Source of the DNA: Solirubrobacteraceae bacterium
GTDB lineage: Bacteria > Actinomycetota > Thermoleophilia > Solirubrobacterales > Solirubrobacteraceae
Reading direction: 5' to 3'
Assembly (NCBI GenBank): GCA_035294345.1
Contig: DATGLC010000019.1
Location: 18,065-82,064, forward strand
DNA: 64,000 nucleotides
The notes beneath the pieces were generated by a model. It did not search any database and was not told the origin of the DNA. It worked only from the letters and a program-made list of their open reading frames with translations. The position numbers were made by a program, and so were the translations under genes. Below, piece after piece: positions 39,662 through 48,194 of this stretch (the first letter of the stretch is position 1; every line of letters starts with the position of its first letter).

Positions 39662-41500
39662 ATGCAGGGAGCGCACGCAGCCGTCCGGGTGCCGCGTCGG
39701 ATCGCCGAGCGCGCACGCCCGGCGAGGATGGTCGCCGACGAACGGCTCGCGCGGATGGTCGCGGATGGCAGCGAGGGCGCGTTTGCGGCGATCTACGACC
39801 GCCACCACCAGCCGCTGTACCGCTACTGCCGCTCGTTGCTGGGCAGCGACCAGGATGCGCAGGACGCGCTCCAGAGCGCGTTCACATCGGCGCTGGTCGC
39901 GCTGCGGCGCGGACAGCGCAACGCGCCGCTGCGGCCGTGGCTGTTCCGAATCGCCCACAACGAGGCGATCTCGATCCTGCGGCGCCGCCGTCCCGAGCAG
40001 GAGCTGTCCGAGGAGCTGCGCTGCCCGTCGCCGGGAGTCGAGCAGACCGTGGGTCAGCGCGAGCGCCTGGCGCAGCTGGTCGCCGACCTGCGCGAGCTGC
40101 CGCACCGACAGCGCGGGGCGCTGGTCATGCGCGAGCTGTCCGGGCTGCCCTACGAGGAGGTCGCGCTCGCGCTCGGGATCTCCGTCGGCGCCGCCAAGCA
40201 GACCGTGCTGGAGGCGCGTAGGTCGCTGATGGAGCTCCAGCAGGGACGGGCGATGGCGTGCGAGGAGATCCAGGAGGTGATCTCCTCCGCGGACGGTCGC
40301 GCGCTGCGCCGGCGCCGCGTGCGTGCGCACGTGCGCGCGTGCCCGGTGTGCGCTGCGTTCCAGGCCGCCATCGAGACCCGCCGCGCGGACCTGGCGGCGC
40401 TCACGCCGGCGCTGCCCGCCGCGGCGGCCGCCGGCCTGCTGGCGAGGATCGGCGCGGCGGCCTCCGGGCACGGTGGCGCCGGCGCCGCGGCGACGCTCGC
40501 CGCCGGCCGGCACGCTCTCGGGGCCGCCGGGGCGTCCGCCGGCCGGCAGGGGCTTGCGGGCGGGGCGTCCGGTGGCCAGGCCGCTGCGGCGGCGGCCGCA
40601 GCTCCCGGTGGCCAGGGCGCAATGGCGGTCGGGGGCGCATCGGCCGGCCAGTCGGCGCTTGCGGCGGCCGCGGCGGGCAAGGTGGCAGGCCTGGCGATGG
40701 CAGTGAAGGTGACGGCGGCGGTGGTCGTCGCCGCTGCCGCCGCCGCCGGGGCGGTGGCGGCGCTGCGCCACGTCCCGGCCCGGGGAGGCTCGGCGCCGTC
40801 GGGAGCCTTGAGGCGCGCGGCCTCGACGGCGGCCCAGCTGGGCGCGCTCTCAGCGTCGAGCAACGCCACGAGCACCGGTTCACGTCTTGCGCCAGTCGCC
40901 GTGTGGCTTACTCCAGGCGCAGGCCCGGGGCGCGCCGGCTCGCTGAGGCCGGCGGGTGCCTCGACGCGCGCCGCCCATGGTCGGTCCACGGGCGCGGCGG
41001 CCGGCGATCGCCACCACCGCGCGGCTGGGTCCGCGCAGGCCACGACCGGATCCGCACGGGCGCAGGGCGCCGGACGGCGGGCCGCCCGGCAGGGCGCCGC
41101 GGCCGCCGCGGCGCACAACGCCTCGGCGCGCGGGGCGGATGCGCGCCGGACGGGCGGCGCCGGCGCCCGCCGGAGGACCGTCGGCGCCTCCGGCGGTCAC
41201 GGCGCACACGGCGGCGGGTCGACCGGCGCGCGCCGGGGCGGGGGGAGGCAGACCGGCGCTGGCTCCTCGAGCCGGCCGGCCGGCTCCTCGGACCGGCCGA
41301 CAGGCTCATTCACCGGTGGTCACGGCTCGGCGGCCGGGGGATCCGGCTCGGCGGCAGGTGGATCCGCCTCGGCACAGGGCGGATCGACCGCCTCGAGCCC
41401 CGCCTCCACGGGCGGGGCGCAGTCCGGCGCCCAATCACGCGCCACGACGGGGTCATCCTCGGCGGGGGCGCCGTCGACAGGCTCGGCCGGCGGCCATTGA
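39662..41500 (+). CDS. ECF sigma-70 factor fused to a zinc anti-sigma (ZAS) domain, a TM segment and a low-complexity tail
   Basis: sigma2 (AFAAIYDRH, DAQDALQ, WLFRIAHN), sigma4 (LPHRQR..LPYEEVA.ALG), HVRACPVC, hydrophobic segment, A/G/S-rich tail. Confidence 0.9.
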   Translation: MQGAHAAVRVPRRIAERARPARMVADERLARMVADGSEGAFAAIYDRHHQPLYRYCRSLLGSDQDAQDALQSAFTSALVALRRGQRNAPLRPWLFRIAHNEAISILRRRRPEQELSEELRCPSPGVEQTVGQRERLAQLVADLRELPHRQRGALVMRELSGLPYEEVALALGISVGAAKQTVLEARRSLMELQQGRAMACEEIQEVISSADGRALRRRRVRAHVRACPVCAAFQAAIETRRADLAALTPALPAAAAAGLLARIGAAASGHGGAGAAATLAAGRHALGAAGASAGRQGLAGGASGGQAAAAAAAAPGGQGAMAVGGASAGQSALAAAAAGKVAGLAMAVKVTAAVVVAAAAAAGAVAALRHVPARGGSAPSGALRRAASTAAQLGALSASSNATSTGSRLAPVAVWLTPGAGPGRAGSLRPAGASTRAAHGRSTGAAAGDRHHRAAGSAQATTGSARAQGAGRRAARQGAAAAAAHNASARGADARRTGGAGARRRTVGASGGHGAHGGGSTGARRGGGRQTGAGSSSRPAGSSDRPTGSFTGGHGSAAGGSGSAAGGSASAQGGSTASSPASTGGAQSGAQSRATTGSSSAGAPSTGSAGGH

Positions 41501-41521
41501 GGGCTACGCCCTCAACCTGTG

Positions 41522-41546
41522 CCTGACTTTCGAGCCGCTGTTGCGT
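41522..41546 (+). promoter_or_regulatory. Putative ECF promoter of the downstream secreted protein
   Basis: CCTGACTTTCG-N10-GCGT. Confidence 0.65.
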
Positions 41547-41550
41547 AATC

Positions 41551-41635
41551 GCCTTCGAAAGGGCGAACCGGTCGTGAGGCCGGGGCGCAAAGCCAGGGGC
41601 CTGCCGGACGGCAGGTCGCCCAGTTGCCAGGAGGC
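41551..41635 (+). ncRNA. Cyclic di-GMP-I (GEMM) riboswitch
   Basis: AAGGGCGAACCGGTC-GTGA-GGCCGGGGCGCAAAGCC..GGCCTGCC-GGAC-GGCAGGTCGCCCAGTTGCC fits the GEMM layout (GNRA-capped P2, GCAAA junction, P3, terminal TGCC); P1 is GCCTTC/GGAGGC. Confidence 0.82.
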
Positions 41636-41638
41636 AAG

Positions 41639-42202
41639 ATGAGGAAGCTGACAAGGCAGATCGCGTTGACGGTGGCGGCGCTCGCGCTCGGGTCCGCCCC
41701 CGCCGTTGCGCTCGCGTCGACGCACACCGGCCGCTCCGACGGGGCCACCGGCACCCCTCCGAGGACCGTGACGACCGGCCGTCCCTCGTCGGTGCCGGCC
41801 GGTCCGCCGTCCTCGGTTCCGGCCGGCCCGCCGTCGACCACGCCATCCGGGGTCTCGCCAGGGGGGCAGGGCAGCTCTCACCGTCCCACCGGCGTGGGCA
41901 CCCAGCGCGGCTCCACGCCCGGCCCGGGCGCCGGCCTTCCCGCGGTGGCGCGCGCCTACGGCCGCTACTGCCGGGCCGAGAGCCGGGATCACGTCGCCGG
42001 CCAGCGCGGCACCCCGTTCTCGCAGTGCGTGGTCGCGATGGCGCGGGTGGCGACGGGCGCCAGCGCCAACCCGACGGCCGCCTGCGCGACCGAGAGCAGG
42101 CATCACGTCGCCGGCCAGCGCGGGACCCCGTTCAGCGTCTGCGTCTCCGGCGCGGCGAAGCTGCTTGGCGAGCGCTCGTCGAGCTCGGGCGGCGGCTCGT
42201 GA
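41639..42202 (+). CDS. Secreted protein with a P/S/T-rich linker and two C-x18-C repeats
   Basis: Sec-type signal peptide; CRAESRDHVAGQRGTPFSQC and CATESRHHVAGQRGTPFSVC; AGGAGG SD. Confidence 0.85.
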   Translation: MRKLTRQIALTVAALALGSAPAVALASTHTGRSDGATGTPPRTVTTGRPSSVPAGPPSSVPAGPPSTTPSGVSPGGQGSSHRPTGVGTQRGSTPGPGAGLPAVARAYGRYCRAESRDHVAGQRGTPFSQCVVAMARVATGASANPTAACATESRHHVAGQRGTPFSVCVSGAAKLLGERSSSSGGGS

Positions 42203-42529
42203 TCGCCGCCCGCGGGGCGGCGGCCTGAGCGGGGCGCGCCGACCCGGGGTGGGAGGCTGGCGGCCGGCCGCGTGACGGCCACGTCCGGCCGCCTCCCGGC
42301 GGGACGTCCGGTCGGTCCCCGCCCCGGACCGGCCGGACGTGCCGCCGGCTCGCTACAGCGCCCCGCGCGGGGGGCTGCCCCGCCGCCTGACCTGGTGATC
42401 GCGCGCCGCCCGGCCCCTCCGGCCGCTGAGGATTGGCAAGCCCGCCCCGGCGGAGTCCGCCGGGGCGGGCCGGTCCACTCGTCGCCGGTCCTCGCGGCGC
42501 TGCCCACGCTCCGCGTCTGCGGCGTCTGT

Positions 42530-42641
42530 CGCTCTGCGTCTGCGGCGCCGGCCGTTCTGCGTCTGCGGCGCCGCCCGTTCGGCGCCGGCGGCGTCTTTCG
42601 CTCCGCGCCGGCGGCGTCTATCGCCCCGCGCCGGCGGCGTC
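42530..42641. repeat. 23-bp tandem repeat anchored on the stop codon of the 42618 gene
   Basis: GCGCCGGCGGCGTC at 42582, 42605 and 42628, with degenerate copies to the left. Confidence 0.75.
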
Positions 42642-43673
42642 CAGGGCTCCGCGCAGATCCTCCCAGAGGTCGTCGGCGTCCTCGATCCCGACGCTCAGGC
42701 GCAGGAGCCCCGGCGGCACGCGGTCCGGCTCCCAGCGCGCCCGCGCCTCAAGCGTCGATGAAACCCCGCCGAGGCTGGTCGCGTTCTCCACCAGGCCAAG
42801 CGCCCGCTCCACCGCCGCCGCCTGCGCCGGCCCGGCCACGTCGAAGGAGAGCAGCGGCCCGAACGCGTCCACGTAGCGCGCCGCGACCGGGTCGCCGAGG
42901 CCTGGGTAGCGCACCTTGATCACGCCGGGGTGGGTCTGCAGCCGCCGCGCCAGCGTGAGCGCCGTCTCCGAGCAGCGCCGGGTGCGCAGGGCAAGCGTCT
43001 TTAGCCCGCGCAGCAGCAGCCACGCCGGGTCGGGTGCGGCCACGACCCCGCAGGCCTCACGGACCTCGGCCAGCCTGGCGTGGTCGGCCTGCTCGGCGCA
43101 GGCGACCACGCCGAGCAGGACGTCGTGGTGGCCGCCGAGGATCTTGGTGGCGCTGTGCAGGACGAAGTCCGCGCCGTGGCGCAGCGGTCGCAGGAGCGCC
43201 GGCCCGAGCACGGTGTTGTCCACCACGACACGTGCGCCCCGCTGGTGGGCGCAGGCGATCGTGGCGTCGAGGTCCGGGAAGCTCAGCATGGGGTTCGAGC
43301 ACGGCTCAAGCCAGACGAGGTCCGCCGGCGGCGGCTCGCGGGTTTGGTCGAACTCCACGACCTCCAGTCCCCAGCGCCCGAGCTGACCGCGCAGCAGCGA
43401 GAGGGTGCCCCAGTAGCCGTCGCCGGGGAGCGCGACGCGCCGGCCCGGTCCGAGCAGCCCCAGCGCCAGGGCCGTCGTGGCGCCCGCGCCCGAGGCGAAC
43501 AGGAGCGCTTGCCCGCCCTCCAGCTCGCCGAGCAGCCGCTCGGCCGCCAGCCCCACGGCGTGCGCGTGGCGCTGGTAGTAGATGGGCCCGGGCTCGGCGT
43601 CCACGTACGCGTGGATCGTCGAGCGGTCGAGCGCCGGCAGTTGCCCGCTGGCCAGCAGCGTGTCGATCCGCAT
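42618..43673 (-). CDS. Cystathionine gamma-synthase/lyase family PLP enzyme
   Basis: FASGAGA, LEPCSNP, VVDNT, HSATKILGGHHD, NATSLGGV, LRLSVGIED. Confidence 0.9.
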   Translation of the reverse strand: MRIDTLLASGQLPALDRSTIHAYVDAEPGPIYYQRHAHAVGLAAERLLGELEGGQALLFASGAGATTALALGLLGPGRRVALPGDGYWGTLSLLRGQLGRWGLEVVEFDQTREPPPADLVWLEPCSNPMLSFPDLDATIACAHQRGARVVVDNTVLGPALLRPLRHGADFVLHSATKILGGHHDVLLGVVACAEQADHARLAEVREACGVVAAPDPAWLLLRGLKTLALRTRRCSETALTLARRLQTHPGVIKVRYPGLGDPVAARYVDAFGPLLSFDVAGPAQAAAVERALGLVENATSLGGVSSTLEARARWEPDRVPPGLLRLSVGIEDADDLWEDLRGALDAAGAGR

Positions 43674-43709
43674 CGCCCGAGGTTAGGGCAGTTGGCGTCC
43701 GGGGGCCCG

Positions 43710-44711
43710 TCAGGTCAAGCCGCCCGCCCCCGGCCCCGTCTCCTCGAGCGCCGCCAGCGCAGCCACCTGAAGGGCCGCCCTCGCGGAGGCGGGGCTGTAG
43801 CCCAGCTGCGCCCGCGCCCTTCGATCGTCGAACAGGTGCGGCAGGCGTCCGGAGCGGACCTCGTCGAGCAGCAAAAGCTCCGGCTCGCGTCCGAGTGGCC
43901 GCAGCGCCGCCTGCGCGATGTGCGCAGCCGCGCACGCGACGCTCCACGGCACCGGCAGCCGGGGCGCCGCCCGTCCGACGGCGGCCGAGATGATCGAGAA
44001 CACCTCCGAGATCGCCAGGTTCTCGCCGCCGAGCAGGTAGCGCTCGCCCGCGCGGCCGCGCTCGAACGCGAGCAGGTGCCCGGCCGCGACGTCGGCAACG
44101 CCGACCACGTTCAGGGCGCTTTTGGCCAGGTAGCCGCGCGCGCGCCCGCGCGCCACGTCGGCCACCATCTTCCCGGTCGGGGTAGGCCCCCGGTCCCCCG
44201 GGCCCACGGGAGCCGTTGGGCAGGTGACGACGACATCCCCGCCCTCGCGGGCGGCCGCCATGGCCAGCCGCTCGCCCTGGAGCTTGGTGAGACGGTAGGG
44301 GACCCGCAGCTCGCGCGCCGATGGCAGGTCGTCCTCGGTCGCCTGCCGGCCGGCGACGGGCCCACAGGTGGCGCACGAGCTCGTGTGCACGATGCGGCGG
44401 CGTCGTCCTCGCAGGGCCTCCTGCAGCAGGGTGCGGGTGCCCTCCACGTTGACCAGCCGCATCAGCGCCGCGTCCGCGCGCCGGAAGCTGTAGACGGCGG
44501 CGAGATGGAACACCGCGTCGGCGTCCTGAAGCGCGCGCCGGAGCGCGAACGGATCGAGGACGTCCCCGAGGATCGGCTCCGCCGCGCCGGGCAGCCGATC
44601 GGCCGCCGTGGGGTCGCGGTCCAGGGCGCGCACCTCGGCCCCGGCCGCCACCAGGGCGCGAACGACATGGCCGCCGATGAACCCGCCCGCGCCGGTGACC
44701 AGCGCCCTCAC
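43710..44711 (-). CDS. NAD-dependent epimerase/dehydratase (HpnA-like)
   Basis: VTGAGGFIG, FHLAAVY, NVEGT, YRLTK, PTAPVGPGD..PTPTG; GTGA overlap with the aminotransferase. Confidence 0.85.
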   Translation of the reverse strand: MRALVTGAGGFIGGHVVRALVAAGAEVRALDRDPTAADRLPGAAEPILGDVLDPFALRRALQDADAVFHLAAVYSFRRADAALMRLVNVEGTRTLLQEALRGRRRRIVHTSSCATCGPVAGRQATEDDLPSARELRVPYRLTKLQGERLAMAAAREGGDVVVTCPTAPVGPGDRGPTPTGKMVADVARGRARGYLAKSALNVVGVADVAAGHLLAFERGRAGERYLLGGENLAISEVFSIISAAVGRAAPRLPVPWSVACAAAHIAQAALRPLGREPELLLLDEVRSGRLPHLFDDRRARAQLGYSPASARAALQVAALAALEETGPGAGGLT

Positions 44712-46120
44712 CGGGCGCCTGCGACCCGCCTGCGCCTCGCGCGGGCGCTGCCGCGCGCCAGGCGCAGCCCGAGCCGCGCGACGGCGCTCGGCGCCCGCTC
44801 GGCCTCCGAGACCACCTCCTCGACGGCGGCGGCGAAGCGCCTGATCTCGGGCTCGTCGATCACCAGCGCGGGCAGCGCCTTGACGACGTTCATCCGGTGG
44901 CCGGCCACCTGGCAGAGGATCCGGTGGCGGTGAAACAACGGCACGGTTATGAGCTGTGCGAACAGCCCTGGCTGCGCGCGCTCGACCGTGGCGAACACCG
45001 TCCGGGAGGCGGTGCGGTGCGGGGCGCCCAGCTCGATCGCCCACATCAGCCCCAGTCCGCGCACGTCGGCGACCACCTCGTAGCGCTTCGCCAGCGGCCT
45101 GGTGAGCGCGAGCAGGAGCTCGCCCATCCGCCGCGCGTGCTCGATCAGCCCCTCGCGCTCGAGCACCGAGAGCGTGGCCAGGCCGGCGGCGGCGGCGAGG
45201 TCGTTGCCCCCGAACGTTGAGCCGTGCCGCACGGCTCGCTCCATCCCGTCGAACACCGCGTCGAACGCGCGTCGGGAGACGAGCACCGCGCCGGTCGGGA
45301 TCAGGCCGCCCGACAGCGCCTTGGCGACGCAGATCAGGTCCGGCTCAAGCCCCCAGTGCTCGAGCGCGAACCACCGCCCCGTCCGTCCCAGCCCGGTCTG
45401 CACCTCATCGCAGACCAACAGCGAGCCGGCCCGCCGGCAGAGGCTCTGCGCGGCGGCGAGATACCCGTCCGGCGGGATGTTGACCCCCTTGCCCTGGACG
45501 GGCTCGAGCACCAGCGCGGCCACGTCGCCCCGCTCAAGCTCGCGCTCCAGCGAGTCGAGGTCCCCGAAGCGGATCTGGTCGCAGCCGGGCAGCAGCGGTC
45601 CGAAGCCGGCGCGGAACTCGGCGTTGGCGTTGATCGACAGCGAGCCGAGCGTCAGGCCGTGGAATGCGTGGTCGGCGTACAGCACGCGCGGGCGGCCGGT
45701 CGCCGCGCGCGCGATCTTGATCGCAGCCTCCACCGCCTCGGTCCCGCTGTTGGCGGGCACCATCGCATCGACGCTGCCAGGGGCGAGCGCCAGGAGCCGC
45801 TCGGCGAGCGCGCCCGTCAGCAGCGTGACACCGAGCTGTGGCAGGTTCGCGGTGCGGGCGTCCAGCACCTCCTTGATCGCGTCGGCGATCTCCGGATGGT
45901 TTCGGCCCAGCGCGAACACGCCGTAGCCGCAGATCAGGTCCAGGTAGCGCTGGCCCTCGGAGTCGATCAGGTAGGGGCCCTCGCCTGAGACCCAGGTGCG
46001 ATCGAACCCCAGCGTGCGCAGGATGCGGCCCAGCTGCGGATTGAGGTGGCGGTCGTTGAGCGCCATCTCCTCGCCCGTGCGGCTGGCCAGCAGCTCCCTT
46101 ATCTCCGACGCGGCCGTCAT
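44708..46120 (-). CDS. Class III aminotransferase (HpnO-like)
   Basis: HLNPQL.RILRT.GFD, NSGTEAVEAAIK, EPVQGKG, DEVQTGLGRTG, AKALSGG, HGSTFGGN. Confidence 0.85.
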   Translation of the reverse strand: MTAASEIRELLASRTGEEMALNDRHLNPQLGRILRTLGFDRTWVSGEGPYLIDSEGQRYLDLICGYGVFALGRNHPEIADAIKEVLDARTANLPQLGVTLLTGALAERLLALAPGSVDAMVPANSGTEAVEAAIKIARAATGRPRVLYADHAFHGLTLGSLSINANAEFRAGFGPLLPGCDQIRFGDLDSLERELERGDVAALVLEPVQGKGVNIPPDGYLAAAQSLCRRAGSLLVCDEVQTGLGRTGRWFALEHWGLEPDLICVAKALSGGLIPTGAVLVSRRAFDAVFDGMERAVRHGSTFGGNDLAAAAGLATLSVLEREGLIEHARRMGELLLALTRPLAKRYEVVADVRGLGLMWAIELGAPHRTASRTVFATVERAQPGLFAQLITVPLFHRHRILCQVAGHRMNVVKALPALVIDEPEIRRFAAAVEEVVSEAERAPSAVARLGLRLARGSARARRRRVAGAR

Positions 46121-46382
46121 CTGCAAGCCAAAGCCTATTGCCCGGCGGCGGCCCGGCGGCCCGCGGCGCACCGCCGAGGCTGGCTGCGTTCCCGCAGGAG
46201 CTCAGCGGGCTTTGCGGCGCTGCCGCCGCCGTCTGAGCGGCAACCGCCCCGCCGGCCGTCGCGGTCTGAAGACCGGCCCGCGCCAACCGCCTGGCGCGCC
46301 ACAATCGAGCGGCCCGGGGCGGCGACCCCGAGCGCCGGTCGGCATGCCAGGCAAGCGGTCAGCACCACAGCACGGGACGGCG

Positions 46383-47192
46383 GTGAGCGCCTCCGCCGCC
46401 GGCGGGCTCGCCGGTCCGGCGCGGCGGTCGGTCGCCCAACAGCTGTGGGGCCGATGGGCGTTCCTGGTCCCGTTTGCGGGCCGCGTGCTGTCGCTGCAGG
46501 CGATGCACCCGACCGTCGCGGCCGGCCTGCAACAGCATTCGACGGTCTTCGACCAGCCGTGGCAGCGGGCGGCCGAGACGGTCGGCTGGGGGCTTCGGAT
46601 GCTGTTCGGCGACGCGGCGTCGGTGGGGCGGCAGGTGCGCGAGCGCCACCGCTCGATCCGCGGCGTGGACCGCGATGGGCGCCGCTACCACGCCTGGAAC
46701 CCGGAGGCCTGGACCTGGGTTCACCTGAGCACCTTCGAGGCCACGCGCCACGCCGGCCGGACGCTCGGGCGTCTCACGCCGGCCGCCGAGCGCCGCCTGT
46801 ACGGCGAATGGAGGGCGGCTGGGCGGCTGTTCTCGGTGCGCGAGCGGGACATGCCCCCGACGCTGGCCGAGTTCGACGAGTACCTGGCTGACATGATCGC
46901 CAGGCGTCTGGTCGCCACCGACGCCGCCGATCGTCTGCTGGCCCTGTTGCGCACGCGGCTGCCGCCCCCGCCCTGGGTGCCGGCGCCGGCGCCGCTGTGG
47001 GCCGCCTGCCGGCGGCCGGCCGGAGAGGTCGCGTGGACGCTGCTGGTGGGATCGTTTCCGGCGGTGCTTCGCGACCGGCTGGGGATCCGCTGGGGCGCGC
47101 GCGAGCGGGCCCGCCATCGCGCGGCGATGGTGATGCTGCGCACGCTTGACGCCAGCCTCCCTGACCGGCTTGGCCGCATCCCCGGCGCGTGA
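46383..47192 (+). CDS. MpaB/DUF2236-like oxygenase family protein
   Basis: LQAMHPTVAAGLQQHS, HRSIRG, YHAWNPEAWTWVH. Confidence 0.82.
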   Translation: MSASAAGGLAGPARRSVAQQLWGRWAFLVPFAGRVLSLQAMHPTVAAGLQQHSTVFDQPWQRAAETVGWGLRMLFGDAASVGRQVRERHRSIRGVDRDGRRYHAWNPEAWTWVHLSTFEATRHAGRTLGRLTPAAERRLYGEWRAAGRLFSVRERDMPPTLAEFDEYLADMIARRLVATDAADRLLALLRTRLPPPPWVPAPAPLWAACRRPAGEVAWTLLVGSFPAVLRDRLGIRWGARERARHRAAMVMLRTLDASLPDRLGRIPGA

Positions 47193-47321
47193 GGGTGCGA
47201 TGCCTCGACAGTGGCGCCCCGCCGGGCGGCGGCCCGCATCCCCGGCGCGTGAGGGAGCGATGCCTCGACAGTGGCGCCCCGCCGGGCGGCGGTCCGCATC
47301 CCCGGCGCCTGATGGAGCGAT
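47174..47321. repeat. 60-bp tandem repeat (about 2.5 copies) anchored on the DUF2236 gene stop
   Basis: CCGCATCCCCGGCGC at 47174, 47234 and 47294. Confidence 0.92.
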
Positions 47322-47347
47322 CGTTCGCGCGCCGCTGCGCGCCCGCC

Positions 47348-47872
47348 TCAGGCGCGGTCGTTCGTCCGCGCAAACCGCGCTCTGGCCTCCGCCAGCTCCG
47401 CCAGGGCGGCCCGCCGGTCGCGCCAGCCGCGGACCTCGGAGTGGCGGCTGGCGTCGAGGTCCTTGTAGATGGAGAAGAAGTGCGCGATCTCTGAGCGAAG
47501 CTGCGACGGGAGGTCGTCGAGGTCCCGCATGGCGCTCCAGTTCGGATCCGCGCGCGGCACGCACAGCAGCTTGGCGTCCAGGCCATGCTCATCCTCCATG
47601 TCGAACAGGCCGACGACGCGCCCCATCACCACGCAGCCCGGGAACGTGGGCTCCGACACGCAGATCAGCACGTCGAGCGGATCGCCGTCCTCGGCGAGCG
47701 TGCCGGGCACGTAGCCGTAGTCGGTCGGATAGACGACCGAGGCGGACAGGAAGCGGTCGAGCATGATCGCGTCGGACCCGGGCTCGTGCTCGTACTTGTT
47801 GCGGCTGCCCTTGGGGATCTCCACCACGCAGCGCACGAGCGCCGCGCCGCCGTCCTCCTCCGCGCCGCTCAT
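47348..47872 (-). CDS. ppa: Inorganic pyrophosphatase (family I)
   Basis: EIPKGSRNKYE, YPTDYG, EDGDPLD, HFFSIYKDL. Confidence 0.95.
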   Translation of the reverse strand: MSGAEEDGGAALVRCVVEIPKGSRNKYEHEPGSDAIMLDRFLSASVVYPTDYGYVPGTLAEDGDPLDVLICVSEPTFPGCVVMGRVVGLFDMEDEHGLDAKLLCVPRADPNWSAMRDLDDLPSQLRSEIAHFFSIYKDLDASRHSEVRGWRDRRAALAELAEARARFARTNDRA

Positions 47873-48194
47873 CGCCGGACGAGCCCCGCCTCGCGATCCT
47901 CACCGCCGCCGATCGCCCGATGTGCCCGCTCCCGCGGCCGGGTTCGCGATCTGCCGTTCACGATCGCAACTGGATAGCAGGCCGGACCGCGCCCGCGCTC
48001 CCCGGCTCGTCGGGCGCGGGGCCGGCCGGCGCGCACCGGGTGAGCGATACGAGCACCCCGCCGCTCGCCGGGCAGGCGCCGTCGCAGGCGACCACATTTT
48101 GAGTGCCTGCATAGGAGATGGCGACCTGGATGCAATTATCAGAATTGTGTATCCTGCAGCGCGGCCGCGAAACGCCTAAACGATGGGAGGGAGC

